A program made the translations under genes and the position numbers. The notes beneath the pieces are model-generated. The model saw nothing but the letters and a program-made list of their open reading frames with translations. It ran no database searches and had not been told where the DNA came from. Below, one piece after another: positions 23,154 to 34,400 of a stretch of DNA of 64,000 nt. The number at the start of each line of letters is the position of its first letter. The stretch's first letter is position 1. The stretch is from Chthoniobacterales bacterium (GTDB taxonomy: Bacteria; Verrucomicrobiota; Verrucomicrobiia; Chthoniobacterales; Chthoniobacteraceae). Location: positions 55,445 through 119,444 of the forward strand of contig JBBQZX010000015.1 of assembly GCA_038207335.1 (NCBI GenBank), read 5' to 3'.

Positions 23154-23181
23154 AAACTACCAAGCCACCCGTGCGTGTCAA
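23154..23181 (-). promoter_or_regulatory. Sigma70 promoter for the tRNA-Thr/tuf operon
   Basis: TTGACA (23181-23176), 16-nt spacer ending in TGG, then TAGTTT (23159-23154). Confidence 0.65.
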
Positions 23182-23188
23182 AAAGAAT

Positions 23189-24004
23189 TTACGCGGGTGC
23201 TTGGGAAGCATTCGCCGCCGGCTCGAACATCTCCGCGACGCGCTCGATCTTCAGCGCGCGACCTGTCGCCTCGTCGATGTCGATGATCGCGCCGCACAGC
23301 TTCACCGGTCCGCGCGCGACGGGATACATAATGGGCCGCCCGGTCAGGAATTTCTGGATGATCGGATCGATCTCGCGCCCGAGGCAGCTCTCGACCGGGC
23401 CGCACATTCCCGCGTCGCAGAGGAACGCTGTGCCGCGCGGAAATATCTGCTCGTCCGCCGTCTGCGTGTGCGTGTGCGTGCCGACGACCGCCGACACGCG
23501 GCCATCGAGAAAGCGCCCGATCGCGATTTTCTCGCTCGTCGTCTCAGCGTGCGCATCGACGAAAATCACCGCCGTTTCCTCACTCAGACGCGCGACCTCC
23601 GCATCGATCGCGAGGAACGGGTTCTCCAGCGGCGGCTGCATGAACGTGCGGCCTTGCACGTTGATCACGGCGACTTTTCCCTTCGGCGTATCGAGCACGA
23701 TCGAGCCCGCACCGGGCGTTCCGGGCGGATAATTCAGCGGTCGGAGCAGCCGCGGCTCAGTGCCGATGAATGGCACAATCTCGCGCTGATCCCAAATATG
23801 ATCGCCGGTCGTGACAACCGCAACGCCAGCGCGCAGCAGATCGATCGTGATCTTCGGCGTGATGCCGCGCCCCGCCGCCGAGTTCTCCCCATTCACGATC
23901 ACGAAGTCGATTTCTCGCTCCGCCTTCATTTTCGGCACGCTCTCGATGACCGCCTTGCGGCCCGGTTCGCCGATCACATCGCCGAGAAAAAGAATGCGCA
24001 ACAT
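23189..24004 (-). CDS. ymdB: YmdB/TIGR00282 metallophosphoesterase
   Basis: GDVIGEPGR, NGENSAAG, HAETTSEK and GTHTHTQTAD motifs. Confidence 0.93.
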   Translation of the reverse strand: MLRILFLGDVIGEPGRKAVIESVPKMKAEREIDFVIVNGENSAAGRGITPKITIDLLRAGVAVVTTGDHIWDQREIVPFIGTEPRLLRPLNYPPGTPGAGSIVLDTPKGKVAVINVQGRTFMQPPLENPFLAIDAEVARLSEETAVIFVDAHAETTSEKIAIGRFLDGRVSAVVGTHTHTQTADEQIFPRGTAFLCDAGMCGPVESCLGREIDPIIQKFLTGRPIMYPVARGPVKLCGAIIDIDEATGRALKIERVAEMFEPAANASQAPA

Positions 24005-24113
24005 CGCGGCAACATGGATCAGCCGCCGCGCGCAACGCACGCAGAATGTCTGCGCCGCAGCGCGTGCGATCCGCGTTCCTTCCGCGGTCGTTTTGGTTAA
24101 AGTTCACGCCTTC

Positions 24114-25370
24114 ATGCTCACCCACCGACTCCGATGGCTGCTCATTTTCCTGCTCACCGCGAGCGCCCACGCGCAGCGCCTGAGCGCGCTCGCGCCGGTG
24201 CCGGACTGGGGTGAACTGGAGCGCTTTCAGGAGACAATCACGCACGACGAATTCGTGCATCTTCTCGGCGAAATCTACGCGCCGCACGATGCCGCGCGCG
24301 GGCTCATCGAGATTGCCGACGATGCCGCGACGATCCGCAAAACGCTCGAACCGGTGGCGACGTGGACGCTGCATTTTGCGAAAGCTCACGCCACGGGAAA
24401 ACCTGCGCCGCACGAGTGGCGAGCGATCTCGAAACTGCCGCCGGGCGGAGAGAACACGCCGCTCGCGGGGTCGAAAATCGCGCTCGATCCGGGGCATCTC
24501 GGTGGTGAGTGGGCGCACATGGAGGAGCGCTGGTACAAGATCGGCGAGTCGCTGCCTGTCACCGAGGGGGACATGACGCTGCTCGTCGCGAAGCTCCTCG
24601 CGCCGCGTCTCCGCGCGCTTGGGGCGGAGGTCGTCCTCGTGCGCGATGCGGCGGGGCCGACGAGCAGTTCGCGTCCCGATGATTTTCGTGAAGCCGCGCG
24701 CGCACAACTCGCGTTGCGAGGCGTCGAAGCGCCGCGCGAAAATTACTCGGGCGACGACGATCCGAAGCGCGGGGACACGATCCAGTTCGAGAGCGAAATC
24801 CTCTTTTACCGGACGCATGAAATCCGGCATCGGGCGGAACTCGTGAATCGCGAATTGAAGCCTGATCTCACCGTCTGTCTGCACTTCAATGCGGAGGCGT
24901 GGGGCGATCCGAATCATCCCGGCTTCGTGCCACGAAATCATCTGCACACCATAGTCAACGGCTGCTACTCCGCCGAAGAATTGGGCAACGACGACGTGCG
25001 TTTCGACATGCTCGTGAAGCTGCTGAGCCGCACATTTTCCGAGGAACTTCCTGCTTCCGAATCCGTCGCGAAGGCGCTCGCGAAGGCGACCGGTTTGCCG
25101 CCGTACGTGTATCCGCGCGACAACGCAATCCGAGTCGGCGCGAGCACGTACGTGTGGGCGCGAAATCTCCTCGCGAACCGGCTCTACCGCACGCCCGTCA
25201 TCTTCCTCGAGCCGTACGTCATGAACAGCCAGGAGGTCTGGGAGCGCGTGCAAGCGGGCGACTACGACGGCGAGAAAATCGTCACCGGAGCGATGCGCAA
25301 GAGCATCTACCGCGAATACGCGGATGCTGTGGCAGCGGGCCTCGCCGAGTATGCGCGCGCCGCTCGGTAG
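24114..25370 (+). CDS. N-acetylmuramoyl-L-alanine amidase (Amidase_3)
   Basis: Signal peptide; IALDPGH, E, CLHFNA and IFLEP Zn/catalytic motifs. Confidence 0.85.
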   Translation: MLTHRLRWLLIFLLTASAHAQRLSALAPVPDWGELERFQETITHDEFVHLLGEIYAPHDAARGLIEIADDAATIRKTLEPVATWTLHFAKAHATGKPAPHEWRAISKLPPGGENTPLAGSKIALDPGHLGGEWAHMEERWYKIGESLPVTEGDMTLLVAKLLAPRLRALGAEVVLVRDAAGPTSSSRPDDFREAARAQLALRGVEAPRENYSGDDDPKRGDTIQFESEILFYRTHEIRHRAELVNRELKPDLTVCLHFNAEAWGDPNHPGFVPRNHLHTIVNGCYSAEELGNDDVRFDMLVKLLSRTFSEELPASESVAKALAKATGLPPYVYPRDNAIRVGASTYVWARNLLANRLYRTPVIFLEPYVMNSQEVWERVQAGDYDGEKIVTGAMRKSIYREYADAVAAGLAEYARAAR

Positions 25371-25383
25371 CCACCCACGCGCG

Positions 25384-28300
25384 TCATTTCACGGTTGGCA
25401 GCGGCGCTTGCTGCTTGCTCATCAGGTAGCTAAAGAGGTCGCGTGTTTGCTCAGGCGTGAATGCACCGAGCACGCCTTCGGGCATCATGGATTGAGGGCT
25501 CTCGGTGAGGTTCGCGATGTCGGCGCGCTCGACCGGCAGCGTCTCGGCAAGCGTGCGCAGCGTTAGCACGCGCTCGCTCTTTCCGGCGATCATGCCGGTG
25601 AGGATGCGCCCATCTTTCAGCGTGAGCGTCGTGAGCCGGAAATCTGCGGGCACGATCGCGCTCGGATCGACGATGTTTTCGAGGAGGTAGTCGAGGTTGT
25701 CGCGGCCCGAGCCCGTGAGGTCGGGGCCGATCTTCCCGCCTTCGCCGTAGAGCGTGTGGCAGGCGCCGCAGACGGTGTTGAATGCCGCGCGGCCCTTGGA
25801 AACATCGGCCTTCGCGAGCGATTGCGGCGTGAGCTGCATCTTGAGTTTTGCGATGAGTTCGCGCTTGTCGGCGGCGCTCTCGCGCATCTCGCCCCAGACC
25901 TCGGTGAGGCGCGCAGCGAGGACGGCGTCGTTGAAGCTGCGAATCTGGCGCGCGTCGAATGCGCCGATGTCGGAGCGCGGGATGGCGCCGCTGGCGACGC
26001 CGTCGAGCAGCGCCCGCACCCATGCGGGACGCGTGACGAGCGCGGCGATTACGGCAGGGCGCTCGTTCGCGGAGAATTTTGCGTAGCGTTTTACGAGGCT
26101 CGCGCCGAGCGCGGGATCGTCGAAAAGCGCGAGGCCGCGGACGGCTGTGATGTTCAGGCCGTGCGTGTCGAGCAGGCTCTCACAGACGGCGCGTAGATCA
26201 TCGGGGCGGCTATCGATGAGCGTGCGGAGCGCGGCTTCGCGCGCGGCCACGTCGGCGGCGCTGTCGAGCGCGACGTGCTTGATTTGATCGAGCGCGCGGC
26301 CGTCGCCAAAGAGCGCGCTGAGATCGCGCGCGCGGTCGGCGAGAGCGGGATCGAGCTTCGCCTGCAAAGCCTCCCAAGAGCTTGGTTTCGCGGCCTTTCG
26401 CCAGCCGGCAAATGCGTCGCTGAGGCCGGTGAGGATGTCGCTTTGAAACGCGCCGGATCTGGTCGCGGCGAGCGTGAGGAGATCGTCGAGCGGCGCGGGA
26501 TTTTTCTCACTGCCGGCGGCGATTCGGCGCGCGATGCAGCGGCGCGTGATCGGCCATTCGCACACCATCGCGAGCGGCGGGAGCGCGGAAAGATCGGCGG
26601 CGGCGAGCGGCGTGAGGCCGTACCAGACGAGCAGCGGGAGATTGTGATCGGTCGCGTCTTCGGCGTGGGAAAAGAGCGCGGTCGCGAGAGCCGGACGCGC
26701 TTTCACGGGCAGGCGCTGGAGCGTGGAGGCGAGTGCGAGGCGGACGAGGCCGGATGGGTCTTCATGAGCGAGGCGCAAGAATTCCGCGAGCAGCGACGCA
26801 TCCGGCGCGGCCTCGGCACGGGCGGGACGTTTTCCGGTCGCGGTGTCGAGCGGCCAGTCGTCGGTGAGCAGTCGGATGGCCCAGACGCGCACGCTTTCAT
26901 CAGGCTGCGCGAGTTGCTCACGGAGCCACGCGGGCGTCGAGCCACCGGTGCTCGCGAGCGCCCACATTGCGCGCAATTTCACCACCGGATCCGTCGCGTC
27001 CCGATACATCGAGAGCAGCGCCGGATGAGCCTGTGCGCTTGATTCGCCGCCCTCCTGCAGTGCGAGCAACTCGCGCCGGACGGGCCAGATATTTTCCGCG
27101 CGCAGGTCATCGAGCGCAGCCGGATGCGCGCTCGAATCGACAAGTGGCGTGCCTGGACCCGAGTGCGCGATTTTATAAATCCGCCCGCTCGTGCGATGCA
27201 CTCCGGTGCTATCGTGGCACTCGCCGGTGTCGCTCCAGTCGAGCGCGAAGACGCTGCCATCCGGTCCGCTTTGCAGCTCGATCCCGCGGAACCACGGATC
27301 GCCCCACAGCGCGAAATCCGGCTCGTGTTTTGCGACGAATCCGCTGCCGATGCGTTCGAGCCGCTCGGTGTTCATGCGGCGACCGTGGAGGTTCAGCGTG
27401 AAGAGCTTCCCGGCGTATTCCGCGGGCCAGCTCCCGCCTTGGTAAATGAGCGCGCCCTCGTGCGAGTGGCCACCGCCAAAGTCGTTCGCCGCGCCGTTGC
27501 GCGAGGCGGTCCAGCTTTTCCCCGTGTCGAAATGGTAGTGATCGGCGTGCGTGTCGATGAGCGCGTAGCTGTGCGGATTCGGGTCGGTCGTGTGCGGTCG
27601 GACGAAGTGCGCGCCGGCGAATGCGTGCCACAAAAATCCGTTCACCGTATTCACGAAAAACAGCTCGCCTCGCGCGTCCCAATCCTGCCCCCAGGGGTTC
27701 GTCGTGCCATGCGTCAGCGCTTCGAAAATTTTGTGCTCCGGGTGATAGCGCCACATGCCGCCGCGCAGTGGGACGCGCGCTTCGGCAAGGGTGCCGGGCA
27801 CGCCGATTTCGCCGGGACAGGACGCGCCGCAGCGCCCGTAGAGCCAGCCGTCCGGGCCCCATTTCAGGCCATTAGCAAAGTTGTGGTAGTTGTCTTTCGC
27901 GACCGTGAATCCATCGAGCACGACCTGCGGCGCTGAGTCGGGGACATCGTCGCCATCGGCATCCGGCACGAAGAGAAGCTGCGGCGGACACATGAGCCAG
28001 ACGCCGCCGCGGCCCACCGCCACACTCGTGAGCACCTGCACTTCGTCGGTGAAAACTTTTCGCGACTCGGCGATGCCATCGCCATCCTTGTCCTCGAAGA
28101 CGAGCACTCGGTCCCGCAGTGCGAGGTCGAAACGGACGCCTTTTTCCGCGTAGGTAAAATTCTCCGCGACCCACATCCGCCCGCGTCCATCGAATGCCAT
28201 CGCGATGGGATTTTCCACCTCCGGCTCATGGGCAAAAATCGTGGCTGCGAAGCCTGGCTGCAGCTTCAGCGAAGCGAGCGCGTCTGCGGGTGCAGGCGGC

Positions 28301-28395
28301 GAGACGTTGCCAGGCTCGGAGTTGTAGGGCTGCGGAAAATCGGCGGCGAGCGCGGATGTGGCGAGGAGTGGGAGGAGCAGTAGCGCGCGGGTCAT
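25384..28395 (-). CDS. PVC-type membrane-bound dehydrogenase domain / heme-binding CxxCH protein
   Basis: Beta-propeller (ENPIAMAFD, WGPDGWLY, NPWG), HEAT-like repeats, CGACH..IGPDLTG and SMMPEG. Confidence 0.9.
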   Translation of the reverse strand: MTRALLLLPLLATSALAADFPQPYNSEPGNVSPPAPADALASLKLQPGFAATIFAHEPEVENPIAMAFDGRGRMWVAENFTYAEKGVRFDLALRDRVLVFEDKDGDGIAESRKVFTDEVQVLTSVAVGRGGVWLMCPPQLLFVPDADGDDVPDSAPQVVLDGFTVAKDNYHNFANGLKWGPDGWLYGRCGASCPGEIGVPGTLAEARVPLRGGMWRYHPEHKIFEALTHGTTNPWGQDWDARGELFFVNTVNGFLWHAFAGAHFVRPHTTDPNPHSYALIDTHADHYHFDTGKSWTASRNGAANDFGGGHSHEGALIYQGGSWPAEYAGKLFTLNLHGRRMNTERLERIGSGFVAKHEPDFALWGDPWFRGIELQSGPDGSVFALDWSDTGECHDSTGVHRTSGRIYKIAHSGPGTPLVDSSAHPAALDDLRAENIWPVRRELLALQEGGESSAQAHPALLSMYRDATDPVVKLRAMWALASTGGSTPAWLREQLAQPDESVRVWAIRLLTDDWPLDTATGKRPARAEAAPDASLLAEFLRLAHEDPSGLVRLALASTLQRLPVKARPALATALFSHAEDATDHNLPLLVWYGLTPLAAADLSALPPLAMVCEWPITRRCIARRIAAGSEKNPAPLDDLLTLAATRSGAFQSDILTGLSDAFAGWRKAAKPSSWEALQAKLDPALADRARDLSALFGDGRALDQIKHVALDSAADVAAREAALRTLIDSRPDDLRAVCESLLDTHGLNITAVRGLALFDDPALGASLVKRYAKFSANERPAVIAALVTRPAWVRALLDGVASGAIPRSDIGAFDARQIRSFNDAVLAARLTEVWGEMRESAADKRELIAKLKMQLTPQSLAKADVSKGRAAFNTVCGACHTLYGEGGKIGPDLTGSGRDNLDYLLENIVDPSAIVPADFRLTTLTLKDGRILTGMIAGKSERVLTLRTLAETLPVERADIANLTESPQSMMPEGVLGAFTPEQTRDLFSYLMSKQQAPLPTVK

Positions 28396-28473
28396 GGCGG
28401 CGATACGCTTGCGCATCGCGGAGGGAATGCCGAGATGCGTTTCGCGAGGCGGCGGATGACCGCGCTAGACTTC

Positions 28474-31400
28474 TCAGCGCCGACGACGGCGCAGGCCGAG
28501 AAGCGCAGCGCTGGCGAGGAGGAGTGTGGCGGACGCGGGCTCGGGTACGGCGATGAGGGCGACGCTGTTGGAGCCGGCGTTGTAATCGAGCCGGAATGAA
28601 TTCGCGCCATAGGTGAGGATGGCGTCGTCGGCGATCGTGTTGCCGTTGAATTTGAAAAGCCCGCCATTCCAACCGCCGTTATAGCTCACGAAGGTGAATG
28701 TGGTGCCGGCGGCGAGCAGCGCGTTGCTGCCGAGGTCGCTGATGCTGAGCGTCGGCGCGACTCCGGTACCGATCGAAAATGCGCCATTCACCGCGAGCAA
28801 ATCGGACGCGCCGACGAGCCCGGCGACGCTGCTGGTATTGATCTCTAGCGCGAAGGTGCTGCCGGTCGCGAGCGTGAGCGCATCGGTGCTGAGCGTGCCG
28901 ATGGAATTGCCGGGCGCGAGCGTGCCGCCGATCGTCGCCGCCCCGACGACAGTGCCGCCGCCTTTCAACATTTGCGTCGCGCCGGTCGCGAAACCGGGGA
29001 CCGCCGTAAGATTTAGGACGGCGCCGCTTTTTACATCGATCGTCGTCGAACCGGAGATGGAGCCGCCGACGCCGACGGCGAGCGTGCCGCTGGAAATCGT
29101 CGTGCTGCCGGTGTTCGTGAGCGCGGCGCTCACGGTGACGGTGCCGCCGCCTTGCTTTATCACAATTCCCGCGCCGCTGACTGTGCGCGCGAGCGTCCAG
29201 TTGCCGTCGAGCCCGAGCGTGCCGGCAGCGTTCACGGTGACGGGCGAGTTGTATCCCGCGGAGGTCGCGCCGGAGAGATTAAGCACGAGTTTGCCGGCGT
29301 TGATCGTCGTCGAGCCGCCGTAGTTGAAACTGCCGATGGTCGGGTTGTTGATGAACTCCTGCGTACCCGCGCCGTTTTTCACGATACTGAGTAGGCCGCC
29401 GACCTGCTCGCGGATGATGCCGTAGTAGCTGTGATCGGTGGCGGTATTCAGCGTCAGCGTCGCTGTGCCGGGCGCGACGGTATATCCCGGCGCGGTTAGC
29501 TCGTCGTTTTGAATGATCGAGATGTTGTTGCTCAGCGCGGAATCCACGCCCGCGAGCGTCTGGTTCGTGCCACGCAGTTCGAATTTCGCGTTGCTCGGGC
29601 CGTTGGCGAAAGTGATGACCGTATTCGCGCCGTACTGCTGCGTCGCCGCGCCGCTGATGAGCCAGATGTCCACGCCGCCACCGGTGCCGAAAGTCACATG
29701 CCCGGGGATCGCCGGCCCGAAGCCACTCGCCGCTGTGATCGTGCCATTCGAGATCGTCAGGTCGCCGGTGAAGGTATTCGCACCGGTCAGCGAGATCGCG
29801 CCGGCGCCGCTTTTCACCACCGCCAGTGGACGCGCCGCGCCGTCGGCGAAGATGCCGCCAAATGCGGACGTGACGGTTTGATTGATCGTGAATGTCGTCT
29901 GCCCGGCGTTCCCGGAGCTGTCGGAAATCGTGCCGCCCGTCCCCGCGAGCGAGCCGACGGTCGCGCTGTTTGCATTCAGGTCGAGCGAAGCTCCGACGCC
30001 GAGCGTCACATTTCCGGTCGGCGCCAAGGCCGTCGCGCTTCCGACGATCACGCTGCCTTGGTTGATATTGAACGCGCTCCCCGCTGCGATTCCGAAGTTG
30101 TTCGCGCCGTTGATGAGCAGCGCACCGGGACCGGTCTTGGTCACCGATCTTGCCGAGCCATCGAGCGTGCCGCTGATCGTAAGACCCGTGCTCGCAGCGC
30201 TGAAAATGGTGAGGTCGCTCGCGAGCACGACATTTTCCGCGATCGTGTGGCTGCCCGAACTCACGACCACCTGCGCGGCGACGGTGCCGGTGTTTGCGAA
30301 AGTCAGATTCGAGCTGCCGGGGATGCCGATCGTGTAGGCCGCACTGGTGTTGTCGAAGAGCGCGAAGCCGATTGTGCGCGGCGAATTTAGGGTGATCGTG
30401 CCACTCGACGTGAGCGCCGGGCCGAAGCGCGCGGCGTCGCCGATCGCATCCGGAGTGTAGCTGCTCCACGGACCGGTACCCCAGACGCCGCCGGTCGCGC
30501 TATTCCACGATGAGCTGTCGAGCTGCGGAGTTAAAGTCACGGCATTCGTGCCGATCACCGGCTGGAGCGTGAGCCGCCCCGCTGATGCACCGCTGATCGT
30601 GAAACCGCCATTGCTCACCGAATTCGTCGAACTCACGAGCGTATAAGTCTGGCCGAATTCGTAGCCCCCGATCTGGTTGAACGTGAACGCGCTGTTGGCC
30701 GTAATAGCGAGAGTGCCGGTGGTGATTTTATCGCTAGAGGCAACCGCACCCAGATCGAAGACCGCCGTGCCGCCAGCGAGTGTGAGAGTATTCGTGAGCA
30801 CGAGGGTGCTGCCGGTGCCGCCGCTGAAACCAAGCGTCGCGGTGGGGTTCACGATGAGATTCGATGTCACCGTGGAGGTCGCCGCGCTCCCGTCGAGTTG
30901 GAGTCGCCCTGCATTGATCGTCGTGGCGCCCGTGTAGCTGTTTGCGCCGGAGAGTAGCCACGTTCCCGCGCCGTTTTTCGCGAGCGAGGTCACGCCGCCT
31001 GCACTGTCCGGGAGCGCGCCGGCAAGCGTGTTGTTGCCGGTGTTTGTGCCGGTGAGCGTCAGCGTTCGCGAGCCGGTGCCCGTCGCAGCTAGAGCGCCGG
31101 AGTTTGTGAAATTCACTGCGCTGCTGCCGGAGGCATCGAGAGTGCCGCCGTTTTGAGTCACAGTGAAAAGCCGGTTCGCATTCACCGCCGCGCCGGTGTA
31201 GCGCAACGTGCCACCGTCGAAAATCAGCGACGCCGCGTTGGTCGCTGCGTTCGTCGCTGTGCCCGCGCCGAGGGGGCTGTTTGTGCCGATGTTTGCCAGC
31301 GTGCTGACCGCGAGCACTCCCGTGCCGCCGAGCCGCGCCGCACCGGTAAAGGTGTTCGTCGCGTTGTTGATCGTCACCACGTTTCCATCCGTGCCCGTCC

Positions 31401-34400
31401 GCGCCAGCCCGCCGGCGCCCGACACCACCACGCCTTCCGCCCATGCGCCCGAGCCGCCCGTCAGCCCCACTTCCGCGCCTGCCGCCACGGCGATCCCCGA
31501 GGTGCTCCACGTCGGCAAGGCGAGCGTGCTGCCAAAAACAAGCCGCCCCTGGCTCACCGTCGTCGCCCCGCTATACGTCGGGTTCGTGATCGAGAAATTC
31601 ATCGTCTGCTCACCCGTGCCCGTCTTCGTCAGCCCCAGCGCCCCGCCCGCCTGATTGCGGATCAGCCCCGTCCACGAGTAGCTGTTCGCCCCCGGCACAT
31701 TGATCGTCAGCGTCGCTGCTCCGGGTGTGCCACTTTCGTTGTTCTGCACAATGCCCGTGCCAGTCAGCCCCGCGATCGTCTGGTCAAAGCCGTTCAGGTT
31801 GATCCGGCTGTTCGCCACGATCGCCGTGATATTCAGCAACACGCCCGTCGTCCCGTTGAGCTGATTCGCCGCGCCGAATGTCAGCCAGCCCTGCGTCACT
31901 CCGTCGTCGCCGATCGTCAGCGTCGGCGTATTGATCGATGCGCCCGGAGCCAGCGTCGTCGCAGTCGCCGCAGAGACACCTCCGCTCACGATCGTATTGC
32001 CGCTACCGTTGACCACATTGGGGATCGCATACCCGCCCGTGCGGCTGATTCGCAGCGTCGCGTTGTTTGTGATCGTCCCCGCGAGCGATCCCAGCGCCGA
32101 GTTCCCGCTGATATCGACCGTACCCTGCGCGATCGTCAGACCGCCCGTGAATGTATTCGCGCCCGTGATCGTCAGCGTCCCCGCGCCGGTCTTCGTAACC
32201 TTGCCTGTCCCGCCGATCACCGTCGCTGCCGTTTGGGCCGAGCCGTTATTGAAAGCCACGGTCGCATTGTCGGTGATCCCACCAGCCACCGAGCCGTTCG
32301 TCGTCCCGTCACCGAGTTGCAAAATCCCTGCCGAAACCGTCGTGCCACCGGTGAAGGCGTTTGCGTTCGTCAAAATCAACGTTCCTGGATTCAACTTCGT
32401 GAGCGACTTCGCTCCGCCGATCAATCCCGAGATCGTGATAGCGGTGCCTGCGTCCGGTGCTGCGACGAGATCGGACAAAAGCGCGATATTCTCCGCGATC
32501 CGATGCGTCCCAGCGGTCGCGCTCAGCAGCGCCGTCGAGGCACCGTTGTCGAAGGTCAATAGGCTGCTGCCTGCCGTGCCGATGGTGTACGACGCGGCGG
32601 TGTTGTTGAAAATGAGATAGCCGACCGAGCGCGCTGTGCTGAGCGTCACCGTGTCATTCGCCGCAAGCGCGGGACCGAAAATCGCAGCATCCCCCGCCGC
32701 TGTCGGGATGTAACTCGACCACGAACCCGCCGTGCTCCATGTGCCACCCGTGCTGCTAATCCAAGTCGAGGCATCCAGCGTCGGCGTCACCGTCAGCTTA
32801 TCCGGGGCAAGCGTGGGGGTTAAAGTCAGCCGCCCTGCGGTTGTGGTCGGGAAAGTGAAATTCCCAGGATTCAGGAGCGTGTTGTAGGTCGCCAGCGTGT
32901 AAGGCGAACCGAAGTTCAGCCCGGCTATCGGATTGTAGCTCAACGCGCTCGAAGCCGTGATTGAAAAGGTATCCGCCGCGATTTTGTCGCTCGCCGCAGA
33001 CGTGCCAATGTCGAAAACCAGCGTCCCGCCGCTCAGCGTCAGCGTCGATCCGGACTTCAGCGTCAGCGTCGTACCAAGCCCGGTGGAAAAGCCAAGCGTC
33101 GTCCCCGGTCCGACGTCGATGCCACTCGTTGTCAGAGCCCCCGCTGCCGCGCTCGCATTGAGTTGCAGACGGCCGCCGCTAATCGTCGTCGGTCCAGTGT
33201 AGCTGCTCGTGCCCGAGAGGGTTAGTGTCCCGGTTCCTATCTTCGTGAGCCCCATCAACCCGGTGCCGCTCGTGTGATCGGCAATCGTCCCCGCGAAAGT
33301 CGAGGTCGCGTCACCGTTCCCCGCTGTCAGGATCGTATTCGTCCCAGTCGCATTGTTCGCAATCGTCCCGCCGCCTGTAAGCGCGCCCACGTTCTGCGAA
33401 AAGCCCCCCACATTCACCAGGCCGCCGGTATTCACCGCCAACGCAGCACCCGTCGCCCCGAGCGAACCACCCGCTCCGAGATTCAGCAGCGCGCCCGCGT
33501 TGACTGTCGTCCCACCGCTGTAGCTGTTCGCCACCGCGAGATTCAGCGTCCCGTCGTTCACGCTAAGCCCTTTCGTCCCCGAGACCGGACCCGTGAGCGT
33601 GATCGTCCCGGCACCCAGTTTCACCGCATCCGTCGCCAGCGCCACTGGAGTCGCGATCGTGTGCGACCCCACCAGCGCGCTCAGCACGGAGACGCCGCCC
33701 ACGTCTGCCTGCAGCGTCAGCGTATTTCCCCCTGCGATCGTCCACGCATTCGTCCCGTCGAATTGCACATGCCCCACCGTCCGCGCCGCATCCAGATTGA
33801 TCGTCGTCGGCGTCCCCTGCGCCGCAAAGCTCGCATTCGATCCTGCCCCATTCGGCTGCGACACACTCCACGCCGCCGTCGTCCAATTCGCCCCGCCCAC
33901 CCACGCATTATTGAATGTCTGCTCATTCGTGAACGCATACAGATGCATCGTGTTCAACGGATTCTGCGGCGCGAGCGACAGCGTCTGCGTCGCCGAGGCC
34001 GCTTGGAAAGTGTAACGCAGCAGATTCAGATTCCCCTGCGCCGTCGCTCCCACGTCCAAGTCGAAAAGCGTAGTCGCCGTCGATGCACCCGTCGCCGTGA
34101 TCGTCTGAAAGCGATTCCCCGCCCCTTCCCACGAGCGATCGTAGAAAGTCACCACATACGTCTGCCCCGCCGTCAGCCCCGTGAGCGTCATTGTTCCCGG
34201 ATTCCCGCCGTAGATAAACCGGTTCGTCAGCGCACCGAGCTGCCCAGCCGGATTCGCCCCCCCGCCATTGTAAAGCGATGCTTCACCCGCAAACGAATAC
34301 CCCGTCCCCGCCCCGCCAGTCCCCGTCGGATTCGCCCCCAGCACCGACGCAAACGTCACCCCATTCACCACCACATTTGCCACTGCCGTATCCCCATTCA

